Shown: one piece after another, positions 63,967 to 64,000 of the stretch | Layout of the letters: each line of letters begins with the position of its first letter | Numbering within the stretch: the stretch's first letter is position 1 | Assembly (NCBI GenBank): GCA_041913505.1 | Contig: JAYSFC010000002.1 | Coordinates: forward strand, 7,859 to 71,858 | Length of the DNA: 64,000 nt | Direction: 5' to 3' | From: Acidovorax sp. | GTDB lineage: Bacteria; Pseudomonadota; Gammaproteobacteria; Burkholderiales; Burkholderiaceae_C | Program-made: the position numbers and the translations under genes | Notes under the pieces: model-generated | Told to the model about the DNA's origin: nothing | The model's database searches: none | What the model saw: the letters and a program-made list of their open reading frames with translations, nothing else

Positions 63967-64000
63967 AAAGTTAGTTGATACACATGTTGCCAGAACTCAG

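Overview
This is a GC-rich chromosomal segment, about two-thirds G+C by eye, with GC3-saturated codons. It reads like core genome of a betaproteobacterium of the Burkholderiales/Comamonadaceae type; that taxon call is an inference from gene content (Bug/TctC binding protein, ybgC-tolQRA, cyoABCD-SURF1-regBA, proVWX). I call 57 protein-coding genes. They are tightly packed and many share 4-nt start/stop overlaps.

Gene content, left to right:
- cytochrome bo3 quinol oxidase operon followed by SURF1 and a RegB/RegA-type redox two-component system
- ybgC-tolQ-tolR-tolA
- ribBA-ribH-nusB
- gshA
- a GGDEF-EAL protein
- class I and class II fumarases, arranged divergently
- proVWX
- acs
- two tandem alkaline phosphatases behind a Pho box
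- an HME-type RND efflux system with its own two-component system
- ilvD, bfr and lgt
- a GntR / malonyl-CoA decarboxylase / Bug cluster

I saw no tRNA, rRNA, CRISPR array, transposase, integrase or phage gene. I do not think this is an accessory island, and I found no clear-cut new multi-gene system.

The features I cannot explain with standard annotation are:
1. A 530-bp AT-richer intergenic gap (15656-16187). It holds three tandem copies of an 87-nt unit, each carrying a consensus-type DnaA box plus inverted TTATCC-type repeats.
2. An 883-aa orphan protein translationally coupled to an OsmC-family gene.
3. A small mosaic REP-like element family at gene 3' ends.
4. A 129-bp-period duplication of the acs 3' end.
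5. A coupled pair of 70-aa genes, one of which carries a CCxxGCxxCVW motif.

All family assignments come from reading the translated ORFs and recognising motifs; no database search was run. Start codons are best guesses. Many long ORFs in the supplied track are GC-driven antisense or out-of-frame artefacts, and I ignored them.
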